Below are positions 12,377-24,392 of a stretch of DNA of 64,000 bases, in pieces; the first letter of the stretch is position 1, and each line of letters opens with the position of its first letter. Source of the DNA: Callorhinchus milii (Eukaryota); contig NW_024704743.1 of NCBI RefSeq assembly GCF_018977255.1, forward strand, positions 105,650,001 through 105,714,000. Direction: 5' to 3'. The notes below the pieces were generated by a model, which did not search any database, was not told the DNA's origin, and saw only the letters and a list, made by a program, of their open reading frames with translations. Position numbers and translations under genes: made by a program.

Positions 12377-12719
12377 ACTCACGTGGGGTCTTGGAACTCA
12401 TAAAGGCTAAACTGACATTGCAGTGCTGGGGTGTGCTGCACTGTTGGCTGTGCTATTCCTCAGAATAGATGTCAAACCAAGTTCAAGTGGACATTAAAGA
12501 TGCTATGGCACTATACAAAAAGAGAAGGGAGTTTCTTCCTCCGGTGTCCTGGCCAGCAATCCCCCAAATAAAATTAGTCATTCACTTCACAGCTATTTGT
12601 GGGACAATGCTGTGAGCGAATAGGCTGTACACATTCATTCACAAAACACACAGTCCATTTTGCAGTACTGTATATCCTCTGAAACACTTTGAGACATCCT
12701 CCCCACATGAAAGCAATAT

Positions 12720-13033
12720 ATAATAATAATAATCCTTGCATTTGATATAGCGCTTTTCACATCAGGAGGACGTCCCAAAGCGCTGCACAGAACACACTGT
12801 AAAGTGAATTGACTGTATATTTGTGGGCGAATGCGGCAGCCAATTGTGCACAGCAATGTCCCACAAACAGTCGTAGATTGAAAATGACCAATTTACTATT
12901 GTTTTTGATTTTGGAGGGATTATTATTAGGCGTGTGGAGTAAGGAAACTTGCCCAAGGTTTCGCCCTGCCTGGAATTGAACTCAGATCTCTCGCTTGCAA
13001 AGCGAGTGCTCTAACTACTGAGCTACAGGACTC
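12720..13033 (-). mobile_element. Full-length young tRNA-derived SINE
   Basis: Near-identical to the 8658-8973 copy. Tail-to-tail with an older plus-strand SINE at ~12400-12720. Confidence 0.92.
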
Positions 13034-13200
13034 AAGTATAAGGATTATTTATTATTTAAGGATTTTTTATTAATGTAGGGTAACATCTCAGAATTCTTAT
13101 GCTACATAAAATAGAGTAAAATAAACCTAGATAGAATTTCTTCCCGCATGTTTCTCATTCTTCTATAATAATAATATAATAATAATCCTTGCATTTGATA

Positions 13201-14027
13201 CTCTGCATTTGATTTCATACTCTTCAGCTCTGGTCAACGTCTACAATCTCATGGTTCTCACCTCCTCCACCTACCCAACCTCCCCCTAAAAGTCTCCAAA
13301 GCCATACACAACCTAGGCGTCAGGTACAACCCTCAATTATCCTTCCTCCCCCACATCCGGTCCCTCACCAGCATCGCTTTAATCCATCTCCGACGCATCA
13401 CCCGTCTCCGCCAATACCTCTCTCCAAAAGCAGCTGAAACTCTGGTCCATGCTTTTGTGACATCTCGGCTGGACTATTCAAACGCCCTCCTCGTCGGTCT
13501 CCCATCCACTACCATCCATAAAATCCAACTCATTCAGAACTCTGCTGCCCGCATTCTCACCCACATGAAACTCCGCTCCCCGATTACCCCAGTCCTTGCT
13601 AGACTGCACTGGCTCCCTATCCCAGAAAGGATCGTTTTCAAGATCCTCACCCTCGTATTCAAGTCCCTGCACTCCTTAGCACCCCCCTACCTCTCTGATC
13701 TCCTCTCTCCTCAAAACAGTACCCGTTGCCTTCATTCCTCCAGGTCTGGCCTCCTCCTTGTCCCCCGAGTCCTCCACTCCACCCTCGATGGCTGTGCCTT
13801 CAGCCACTATGCCCAGAGGCTCTGGAACTGCCTTCCTCACTCCCTTCGTCTCGCTCCCTCCCTTCCCATTTTCAGGTCTCTGCTGAAGACCTTTCTTTTC
13901 GACCGCGTCTTTGGTTACCTTCCTCCCCCTCCCCCTGGCTCGGTCCCGGGATCCGTTACTGTAAAGCGCTCTGAGACACCGTCTGGTGTGGAAAGCGCTA
14001 TATAAATCCAAGTTGTTGTTGTTGTGG
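13201..14027 (+). mobile_element. L2 LINE 3' fragment inserted into a SINE tail
   Basis: ORF 13457-14005 (SRLDYSNALL...QNSAAR...LHWLP...LWNCLP). (GTT)n end. Flanked by TTGATA on both sides. Confidence 0.92.
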
Positions 14028-14316
14028 TTGATATAGCGCTTTTCACGTCTTCTAGACGTCTCAAAGCATTTCACAGAATAGATTGTAAAGTGAATTGATT
14101 GTATATTTGTGGGCGAAACGCGACAGCCAATTGTGCACAGCAGTGTCCCACTAACAGTCGTGGATTGAAAATGACCAATTTATTATTGTTTTTTTNAGAG
14201 GGATTATTATTAGGCGTGTGGAGTAAGGAAACTTGCCCAAGGTTTCGCCCTGCCTGGAATTGAACTCAGGTGTCTCGCTTGCAAGGCGAGTGCTCTAACC
14301 ACTGAGCTACAGGACT
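14028..14316 (-). mobile_element. Young tRNA-derived SINE (its tail is displaced to 13165-13200 by the L2)
   Basis: Head, A and B boxes and body intact. Variant tail GAGACGTCTAGAAGACGTGAAAAGCGC. Confidence 0.9.
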
Positions 14317-14532
14317 TCTGTGGTTACTGCAGATTCATTCTGACAATTATTTTAAAAAATCTATCTCTGTTATGAACCCCACTTTCACCCTGATTGACTG
14401 GCAATTGCAAGTTTTCATTTGATGATAAGAATCCAGTGAAAGTCAACTACTTGAGAGCTTGATTATTCCAGCTTTGCATTTATTTTTAGATCTACATTGA
14501 GCAGCAAAGTCAGGAGGTAAACATTTCATAAA

Positions 14533-14665
14533 ATCATAGAATTATACAGCACAGAAGAAGCCCATTTGGCCCATTGTGTCTGTGCCGACTCTTTGAAAAG
14601 AGCTTGCAAATCAATCCCATTCACCCGCTCTTTCCCCATAGCCCTGCAAACTTGCCCTCCCCATT
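14533..14665 (-). mobile_element. CR1 LINE 3' end fragment
   Basis: catagaa tail plus GCCCATTGTGTCTGTGCC...CTCTTTGAAAAGAGC. Same family as 59535-59760. Confidence 0.7.
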
Positions 14666-16407
14666 TCCTCTGAATGCTGCTAAATTATTTTTCAGTTTGT
14701 TGTGCAATGATCATTTCTAAACACAGGGAGAAAATTGCGACAATGACAATTATTACTGATTATAATTGTCACTAGTGGCAATGGTAAACTTTTACTTTCA
14801 ACTTAATTTTAATTTAAATTTCAGTCTAGGTTGACACTCCCATACGGGGGGAGGGGATGGGGGCCAGGTTCATTGTTAGAGATGCCATTATTCAGATAAG
14901 ACATTAAACCCAGGACCCATGTTGGTTGCTGTTTTTTGAGTTGAATGTTAAAGATCTCATGGCACTATTTGAAATGCCTATTTGGTGCCCTAGCTGACAA
15001 TAGCCTTGATAAAAAATGGATCATTCATCCTATTGTGGGAATTTCCTGTGAGCAAATTGGATGCCCCATTCGGCCACAATTATAGTTGCACATTATAGAA
15101 AAGTTTTATGAAGCACTTTGAGAACATCTTGGTACAATAAATACATCAAATGCAAGGAGTATTTATTTTATAAATTTTATTTTTAATAGTTCTAATCTGC
15201 AGTATTTCTTACATGATATCTTATAAAGAAACGTGTGCTTGAATTGAATCTCTAAAGCATCATATGTGCTGAAGAATCCATTCTTCACTTTTAGGTGTAT
15301 ATTAATTACACATCTTGCATTAGAAATCTGGTAAGAAATACTGCAGATTAGTGTAGTTGCATTTATATAGCAATGTGTTGTTCCTGGTTTATTATAATCA
15401 ATAATAATATTCATGATTTTGACTGTTTGGGTGACATTGCTGTTGGAAATTGACTGCCATATGAGCCTACACATACACTTCACAGTAAAAATCCTGTGAA
15501 GGACTTTGACGATGTGATAAAGCACTATATTCAAATGCAAGGATGATATATTGAGATGATGTCTCAAAATGCTTCACAGGATGTACAGGATCTAAAGTGC
15601 CTTGACTATGTATTTTGTAGGCGAATGATTCCGAGCAGATGGTTTAGCTGCATTGTTTGAGTTGTTATGCTATTATGCTGACTATGAATTCTGGGGTCAT
15701 GTGGATTAGTTTCAGCGCGCTGCTGAATGGTGGCAAGGTGGTTGCTAGGGGAACAGTTATTATTTGGAGCTCAATTTTACGAATACTTTCATGAAAGGAA
15801 GAGTGTTGTTATAGAAATTGCTTTTGAGTCATGTTCTGCCATGCTCGGGTACAAAAACACAAAATTTCTTCTATGAAAAATCATTCATAGTGGGTAACAC
15901 CTCCCTTGTCACCATGAACTGAACAATGTAAGGCTAGTTATACAAAATCCTTTAAGCCACATAAGGTAGAGATAGGAGTGGAAAGGAAGAGATATTTACA
16001 GTTCGTTTTATTTTATTTTTACGAAAATTTAAATCTTTAAATCCCACCCGAAGACCTAACTCTTGAACAATGCCTATCCTCCCTCTCTCCCAAATTAGGT
16101 GTCCTACTCCACCGTAGTGCAACTCCCCCACCCCAAGACACTATCCTGAGTGAAGAGCACTATATAAAGTGGTTGTCGTCATTGTAACTTCAAAACCTAA
16201 GGCTTAAGTGCTCCCAACACCTTAGCCCACGACAAGTGACAACTATCAGGTATAACAGAAGATCCCATGTTCTTGTTTGAAAAGGTAAAGGAGTTTCTCT
16301 TAGCATTCTGGCCAACAATCCTGGAAATAAATTTGGCTTCCATTTCAATGTTGTTTGCAGTAACTTGTGTGCAAATTGGTTGTCGTGCTTGTCTGCAAGA
16401 CAAGACT

Positions 16408-16692
16408 AATAATAATAATATTAATAATCCTTGCATTTGATACAGCGCTTTTCACGTCTTCTAGATGTAAAGTGAATTGATTGCATATTTGTGGGTGAAA
16501 CCCGGCAGCCAATTGCGTACAGCAGTGTCCCACAAACTGTCGTGGATTGAAAATGACCAATTTATTATTTTTTTTTAGCTTTGGAGGGATTATTATTAGG
16601 CGTGTGGAGTAAGGAAACTTGCCCAAGGTTTCGCCCTGCCTTGGTGTCTCGCTTGCAAGGTGAGTTCTCTAACCACTGAGCTACAGGACTCC
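16408..16692 (-). mobile_element. Young tRNA-derived SINE with small internal deletions
   Basis: Aligns by eye with the 14028-14316 copy. B-box region deleted. Confidence 0.88.
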
Positions 16693-18209
16693 AATCACCT
16701 GACATATGTTTTGAGGCGTGTTGATATCCCAGGTGCTATAGCAAATGCAAAGATTATTATTTTTTTATTTTTTTTATTTTGTAGGTGTCTGACACACAAA
16801 AAAATCCATTACGGTGTTTAGAGGCCTACTGTTCAACAGTGGAGAACTTATAAAAATAGTTTTTATATTTGCATTTATGTAATGTAAAATCTCTCCAGGG
16901 ATAGGTGGGTTCAGATAAAGGAGTGGGGTCTTATGTCTTCAAGCAACATTCCCACCATAATAATAATAATAATCATAACAACAACAATAATCATCCTTCC
17001 TTTTGTCATAATGGCTTATCATGTTGTCAAAATGTCTTAAAGCATTTCACAGGATATACAGTAAAGTGTAGTGACTGGGTATTTTGTAGGCAAATTTGGC
17101 AGCCAATTTGCAAACGGGAATACCCCACAAAAGCCATGGAGTGACGCAACCAATTTTATTTGGGGGATTGTTGGCTAGGAGAAACTCCCTACTCATTTCG
17201 AGTAGTAGCAAGGGAACTTTAACATTCGCCTGAACAGGTAGATGAAAAATCTTGGTTTAACATCTCATCCAAAGGACAACATCCTCAATGATGCAGGGCT
17301 CCCCAAAAACAGCCCAAACTGTGAGCTTAAGGTCCTCAAAACATAGGAATAGGGGCGGGTGAATCGGCCAATCAAGCCTACAGAGCCATTTTCTTAGACC
17401 ACGGGTAATTTGTAACTCAGCGCCACTTGCCTGACGTTCCTCCACAACTTTGTAACGACATACCAATAAAATCCCTAATGTTAGCAGAATATTTTTATTG
17501 CAACAATTTTTTTTAATATCTGAAGTTATTGTTTTATTCCCTTTGTGGTCACAGAGATGTGCCAAGAGTGCGATTTCTTGGCAGTTTTCCTGTGTTTCGT
17601 TCCATTTTCTCAGAAATAATTATTGCCACATCTGTATAGGTGATCTATCCACATCAAAAACCTCTCATGAATCAGTCATTGTTTGTTCCGAAAAGGTAGA
17701 CAGGATCATATCTGAAGAGCAGTATCTCCAACAATGCAGAGTTTTTCAATATGCCACTGGGCTGTTAGCCTGGACTATGACTTCATTCTATGACTTGAAT
17801 TTTGAACCCAGAACCTCTGACACTGAGGTGAAAGTGCTGCCAATTAATATCTAGATGACTAGATGACGTTTGTCCACATTTGATGTACAACTTAGGGTCG
17901 CCAGCAAAATAGAGGGAGATAATAATTTCACCACAAAATACACACAATCACAACACTTTACAGTATATCCTGTTAAGCACTTTGAGACAGCTTGATGATG
18001 TGATAGGCACCATATCAAATGCAAGGATTATCGTTGACATAGCTGGAAAAGGAAGAGCTCAGAAACAGCTCAGAAAAATTCTCTTTGGTTGCTAGTACAC
18101 AACAGAGCACATACATCAGCCAAGAATATATAGAATTACCTATTCAGCACAACCCCCCACCCCCCTCACCCTTCCCACCTTGGAACAGAAGCAATAGCAC
18201 TAAAATGGA

Positions 18210-18415
18210 ATACAAAACAATAGAATTTACATTTATGTTTGGTTGTACATATTGAGAGGATGTTTCAAAGCACTGGACATGCCTGGCTGTGTATTGGTCA
18301 AAGAGGTACATCTTGAGACAGACTTTGAATAAGGTGAAGGAGAGAGAGATGGAGTTCCAGAGAGAGGGGCTGATTCTGGCGCAGGTAGAGCAGGGGACAT
18401 GAAGCAGGCTAAACA
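18210..18415 (-). mobile_element. Degraded L2 3' fragment
   Basis: SPSLWNSI...FKVCLKMYLF motif and a diverged tail. Confidence 0.6.
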
Positions 18416-18458
18416 AGGGTAAATTTAAATAATTTTAAATAAATTTAAATAAATTTGG

Positions 18459-18768
18459 GCAGTCCTGCAGCTCAGTTCAGTGGTTAGTAGCACTCGCTTT
18501 GCAAGCGAGAGACCCGAGTTCAATTCCAGGCAGGGGCGAAACCTTGGGCAAGTTTCCTTACTCCACACGCCTAATAATAATCCCTCCAAAACCAAAAAAA
18601 ATAATAAATTGGTCATTTTCAATCTACGACTGTTTGTGGGACATTGCTGTGCGCAATTGGCTGCCGCGTTCGCCCACAAATATATACAGTCAACTCACTT
18701 TACAGTATATTCTGTGAAGCGCTTTGAGACGTCCTCCCGATGTGAAAAGCGCTATATCAAATGCAAGG

Positions 18769-18801
<33 letters not shown>

Positions 18802-18807
18802 ATTATA

Positions 18808-18849
<42 letters not shown>

Positions 18850-18850
18850 A
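18459..18850 (+). mobile_element. Full-length young SINE with expanded (ATT)n tail (18769-18850)
   Basis: tRNA head with CTCGC-TTTGCAA-GCGAG stem-loop, body and tail. Preceded by an (AAATTTAAAT)n run. Confidence 0.92.
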
Positions 18851-20298
18851 TAAGCCTTAGGAAAGGAATAACACTTTTTGGAGACTGTCCTATCTTGAAA
18901 ATATAGCAAAATGTTTTTATCATTCACTCACACAACTTTGGCATAATGTGTATTATCAGTACCATTGTACAAAATAGATATGGAGTTTCCTTTCCATAGA
19001 ACCAATGGAACTAAGTCTAAAATAAACAAGGTCAAACATATAATAATCATGAGCTAAAATGCTTCTCGACGAAGGGGTTCGATTGCTTCTTCTGTGTCCA
19101 GTATCTTCTAAGACTGATATCGCTATGATCAGCTTATGCTACGTAAATGGATATTTGTTATGACTCAAAAAATCCATGATAATGGTGGAGCAACAGCATC
19201 CTACTAAGAATGTGCCATGGAAATAAGAATGATTTGTCCCTCCCCCACCCACCCCCGACCCTGGGGTTAATAAATGCACCAAATAACACAACTAGGAAAT
19301 TGCTTCTTCAAATACCCGATTGGAAGTGACACCAAAAAAAGGAAGTTGAATTCCACTTTTGACTAAATCAAACTTGTTTTATTTTGCCTAGTCAACTGAT
19401 AACATCAGTCAAATGTAAAAATAATAGAGTACAATTTCAGTTATGTTAGTGGGTTAAATTTAGAAGAAACATGCTATGTGCAGACACATCTCTCACTAAC
19501 TTGGTTAAGCTGAATATCTTCAGTAATACTGAAAAGATTATCACATGGACGAGACCATCTGTTCTTGGACACATAATGAATCCCGGTTGCTAAAGCAAGA
19601 CATGACATACTCTCATGGGGGACGTACAGGGTAAATTGTGTCACCAGACCTTCAGTCCAGCTTTTGATAAAGAGATTGATGTGCCATCTATCCAACATTT
19701 ATACTTTATTGGACAACAGTAGAGCTAACCTTGTTCACTTCGGGTCAAGAATGCAATTCCAGTTGGAAGGGGCCGGTTTACACTTCAACTGGTGTCTACT
19801 TTGAAGAGGTGCACAAAATAATAGATCTAATCTGTCATCTTGCACGTTGTTTTACTTCGTAATGGATCAGGCACAGTTTTATTGACAACAGATTATCCTT
19901 TGTGTGTTTTCATTAGTAAACAGCGTATGTCAGGTTTAGACAAAATGTAAGGAGAATAAACTTTCCCAGAGAACTGAGAAAACACAAACTACCATTCACA
20001 AGTGAATGCTTAATGTCAGCGTGTGAATGGAATAAGTGTCATCTTGTCTCTCAAAAGAAGATTATTTGCAGCCCAGAAATACTTCCAGCCTTCCTCAATG
20101 TGGAGAAGATTCTCCTGTCAAATCCGGACACAGCGTTATGCTGAAGATTGCCAAGCAGACGAAAATAGCGTTGAATATGAGCAGAAAAATGAAGAACCCC
20201 ATCTATTTAAGGTAAATGCAAAACATTTTAATTTTTTTTAAGTAATGTAGCACATCTGATCATCAGCAGTTGATGAGCCACATGATAGCAAATTAGAT

Positions 20299-20732
20299 GT
20301 GAGGCTGATTTAGTTAGGAGGACTCTCGCCTCTGAGTCTGAAGGTTATGGGTTCAAGTCCCACATAGGGACTTTAAACTCACATTTCTAGGCTGATGCTC
20401 CAATGCAGTGCTGGGGAAGGTGCTGTTGGAGATGCTGTCTTTTGGATGATACTTTAATCTGAGGTCCCTGTTCTCCCTGTTCAAGTGCATGTAAAAGATT
20501 CAATAACACTATTTGAAAAAATAGTTTTTCCCTGTGTCCTGGACAACAATCTCCCAAATAAAATTGCTCATTCATCTCATAACTGTTTGTGGGACATTGT
20601 GGTGCACAAATTGGCTGTGGTATTCTACAAAATATAAAGTCACAACACAGTATATCATGGGAAGCACTTTGAGAGAGATGTCTGCTTTTCGTGAAAGGCG
20701 CTATATCAAATGTAAGGATTATTAGGATTATT
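20299..20732 (+). mobile_element. Near full-length old Deu-domain-type SINE
   Basis: Head CTCTCGCCTCTGAGTCTGAAGGTTATGGGTTCAAGTCCC, core CTAGGCTGA...CAGTGCTG...TTGGATGA...CTGTTCAAGTG...CACTATTTGAA, and the same 3' body and tail as the young SINE. Confidence 0.75.
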
Positions 20733-22116
20733 GCTCTGCTCTCAGTTTAATTTTTCATTTGCAATCTCAAACAAATTTGCCTTTCAATCCCATGCTTTTT
20801 TTGTATTAAATTATATGATTAAATGTCTTGTATAAAGTATGTCTATTAATATTTGTCCTTTCCAGCAACCTTAATATCAAAATAACATAAAAGCTTTTTA
20901 TTTGTTGATAAATTACAAATTTATTTTAATAAACAGACTATTTCCTAGTTTTAAACTTGGTTGAAAGTGTACCTGAGCCAGGTTTTCCCCTGGCAAAAAA
21001 TAAGATGTGTTTTAAAATAACATGCTCTAGTTTTCACTCCTTGTCCACTGTTCACATTTGAGCTGCTGTCTTAAATTGGGGCAAAGTGCTTCAGGCTCCG
21101 GTCACTCTTCTGAACCTTGGCTAGTCTTCAGGTACAAAGTCAAACAGTGAATATTGATGGTCCATTTAATCGTGATGACAATTACAGTTATGTTCTATCT
21201 TGTTCTTATCCACCATCTTAAACAGGGTTTTTACATTATGAGTCACTCGGCAGCAATTTAGTACAAGAATCTTCAATGAGCTTTTTCCCTCCCTCGCCCA
21301 ACAGTACTGAGACAAATTGCCCAATAATCCATGTCTCAAACCTAACTAAGGAAAGTAAACTGCCTTTTACTTTCCTTAGTCATTGAAGCTGAGCCTTTAC
21401 TGGTCTGTATTCCAGTTCATTTTACAAAATGAACAATCATAGAATTTGAATCAAGAGATATCTATCTCCCTCCTTTCAGCAAATACTGTTCTACTTCAAG
21501 TCTCCCGCTATATATGTTTAACTATTGAGAAGGGAGCTTGTTTGTCATTTCAAATATTTCTGCACGGACTGGGTGAAACTAAACTAAATCAGAATTTCAT
21601 AATAATAAAATTCTTTGAATATAGCACCTTCTGTTAAGATAATAATAATAATCCTTGTATTTGATATACCGTTACATCATATCATCCAGACATCTCAAAG
21701 AACTTCGCAGAATTCAATGTAAAGTGGAGTGGCTGCGAATTTTGTGGGCAAATGCAGCAGCCAACTTGAGCCCAAATTTCTCAAAGTGCTTCATAGGAAA
21801 TTACTTTCAAGTGTAATGATTGTATTTAAAGGAACATTTGTCAGGTAATTTTCCAGCAAGGTCGGACATCCAACCATGGGGTGAATGATCTATTAATTTG
21901 GAGGATTGTTGGCCAGGACAACCCCTTCTCCTTTGAAATAATCCATTGGAACTTCTTTAGCATCCAGCTGAACACATATATACATTCAATGCACTTCACA
22001 GTAAAATCTTGTAAAAAGCTTTGAAATGTCTCGATCATGTGATAAGGTGCCATTTTAAATGCAAGGATCATTATTATTAATACAGTATTATTTACTCCAC
22101 ATGCCAAATAATAATA

Positions 22117-22345
22117 CTTACTCCACACCCTAATAATAATCCCTCCAAAGAAAACCAATAATAAATTGGTCATTTTCAATCCATGACTGTTTGTGGGACA
22201 TTGCTGTGCGCAATTGGCTGCTGCGTTCGCCCACAAATATACAGTCAATTCACTTTACAGTGTGTTCTGTGAAGCGCTTTGGGACATCCTCCCGACGTGA
22301 AAAGCGCTATATCAAATGCAAGGGTTATTATTATTATTATTATTT
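22117..22345 (+). mobile_element. 5'-truncated young SINE
   Basis: Body and tail match the 28943-29259 copy. Confidence 0.85.
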
Positions 22346-22947
22346 ATAATAATGTACTACACAGGAAGGCAGTGGGGTCAGATTGTGTTACCAAATCCAA
22401 GAGGCAATTGGATTGTTATTTGATGAAGAAATCAAATGAGAGAGATGAGAAACACAGGAGTGCAGGATTGTCTTTTATATTTTTGACCCAGCAGTGATGA
22501 TCTATGTGACGATCTTCTTTGGGCCTTAGAATTTCCTATGTACACTTGCCAGCTTGACAACTTGCTGCACAAGTTATTAATATGATAGGCACTAGGGAGC
22601 CACTAAAAGAGACAAAGCATTGTCACAACTCTTGTTGCATGGTGACATATTCTAGAACTTTAAAGAACTTAAGTTTTAATGATGTTAAATTTTAAAGGTG
22701 TGCTTTGAGATGTCTTCCCGATGCAAAAGGTGTCATTTTGATGTAACTTGCCTTGTACGTTGCATCCCTAAGTATTAAGGAAGAATGAATTTCTCAAAAT
22801 TTTGCAAACAGTTGTGAAGCAGTTTGGTTCAAACTAAGAAACACTAGAAAACATTTAATTCAAATATATTCTAACAAAGAGGTTCTGCAAATTTTCCTGG
22901 TTTTGTTGGTTCTATACACAAATAGCATTCAAAACTAAAGATAGGTT

Positions 22948-24392
22948 AACAACAACAACAAATTACATTTGCATAGTGCCTTTCACATTGTGAGGATGTC
23001 CCAAGGCACTGGACGTTCAGGGATTTGGACCCGAGCAAGGGGTTTGGGATCGGGGAGGGTGGAGGGCAGGGAGAGTAGGAGGGTGTCCAAAGGCACGGTC
23101 GAAGAGGAAAGTCTTGAAGGGAGGGAGCAAGGCAAAGGGAATGCGGAATGGAGTTCCAAACGATGGGGGTAGAGAGGCTGAAGGTCCGACTGTCGATGGT
23201 GGGATGGGCTGGGCGGGGGACACGGAGCAGGCCGGAGCCTGTGGAATGGAGGGAATGGATAGGTTGATATGGTGCTAGCAGGTCACAGAGGTAGGAAGGA
23301 GCAAGCCCGTGGAGGGTTTTGAAGGCAAGGACGAGAATTTTGAACTCTATCCTCTGGGGGATGGGGACCAGTGGAGCAAGGGGTGATAGGGTCATGGAGC
23401 CTGGTGTGGGAGAGGACACAAGCTGCAGAGCTCCAGATGATCTGCAGTTGTGGAGGGAAGAGTTGGGAAGGCCGACAAGCAGGGAGTTGGGGTCATCAAG
23501 CCTAGATGTAATATATGTGTGGATGGGAGTTTTCGGGGGCCTGAGGGGAGAGGCATTAATGAAGCCTGGTGATGTTGCAGAGGTGGGGGAAGGCAGAGCG
23601 GCTAATGGCATGGATGTGGGGTAGAAAGGACAGTTGAGGATCAAACAAGGTTCCAGATTGGCTTATTAAGGTGGAGTGTGCATCCATGGATGGTGATGCT
23701 GTCAGTGCCTGAGGTTTGGAGGCGCTGCCGGGAGCCAATCAGGAGGGCCTTGGTCTTGTTGACGTTCAACTGGAGAAAGTTAGCTCTCATCCAGAAAGTT
23801 AGCTCTCATCTCATCTTGATGTCTGACAGACATTCTGTCAGGACAGCAGTGGTCCTGGAGTTGAGGGTGGAGGCAGAGAGATAGAGTTGAGTGTCATCCG
23901 CGTACATGTGAAAGTTGACCCCATGTCTGCGGATGATGTCACCAAGTGGGCGCATATAGATTTTGAAGAGGAGAGAACCAAGGACGGAGCCCTGAGGAAT
24001 GCCGCCCAAGATGGTGTGAGGGCTAGAGGAGAAGCCGTTTGTGGAGGCAAAGTGAAGACAGTATCAAAGGTAGGATTTGAACCAGTCAACAGGACCATGA
24101 AGGTTGAGGTCAGAGGAGAGGTGTGTTGGAGGGATTCGTAGAAGGAGTGGTGGTAGAGGAAGGAGCGAAGCTGCGAAGCAACAACTCATTCCAAGACCTT
24201 GGAAGGGAGAGGGCGGTTGTAGATGGGGCAGTAATTGGAGAGTAGGGATGGGTCCATGGAAGGTTTTTTGAGGATGGTGGTGGTGCTAGCTGTTTTTAAG
24301 GTGGTGAAAATGATGCTAGTATACAAATAGAGGTTGATGATGTTTATGAATAGAGAGGCAAGGAGGTGGAGCTGAGAGATAAGGAGAGGGGT
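22948..24392 (-). mobile_element. L2 LINE, 5'-truncated and frameshifted, includes RT domain
   Basis: [13 protein letters not shown] and [10 protein letters not shown] (RT catalytic motif) in ORF 23806-24009. Downstream SRLD and WNSIP motifs. (GTT)n tail. Confidence 0.92.
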
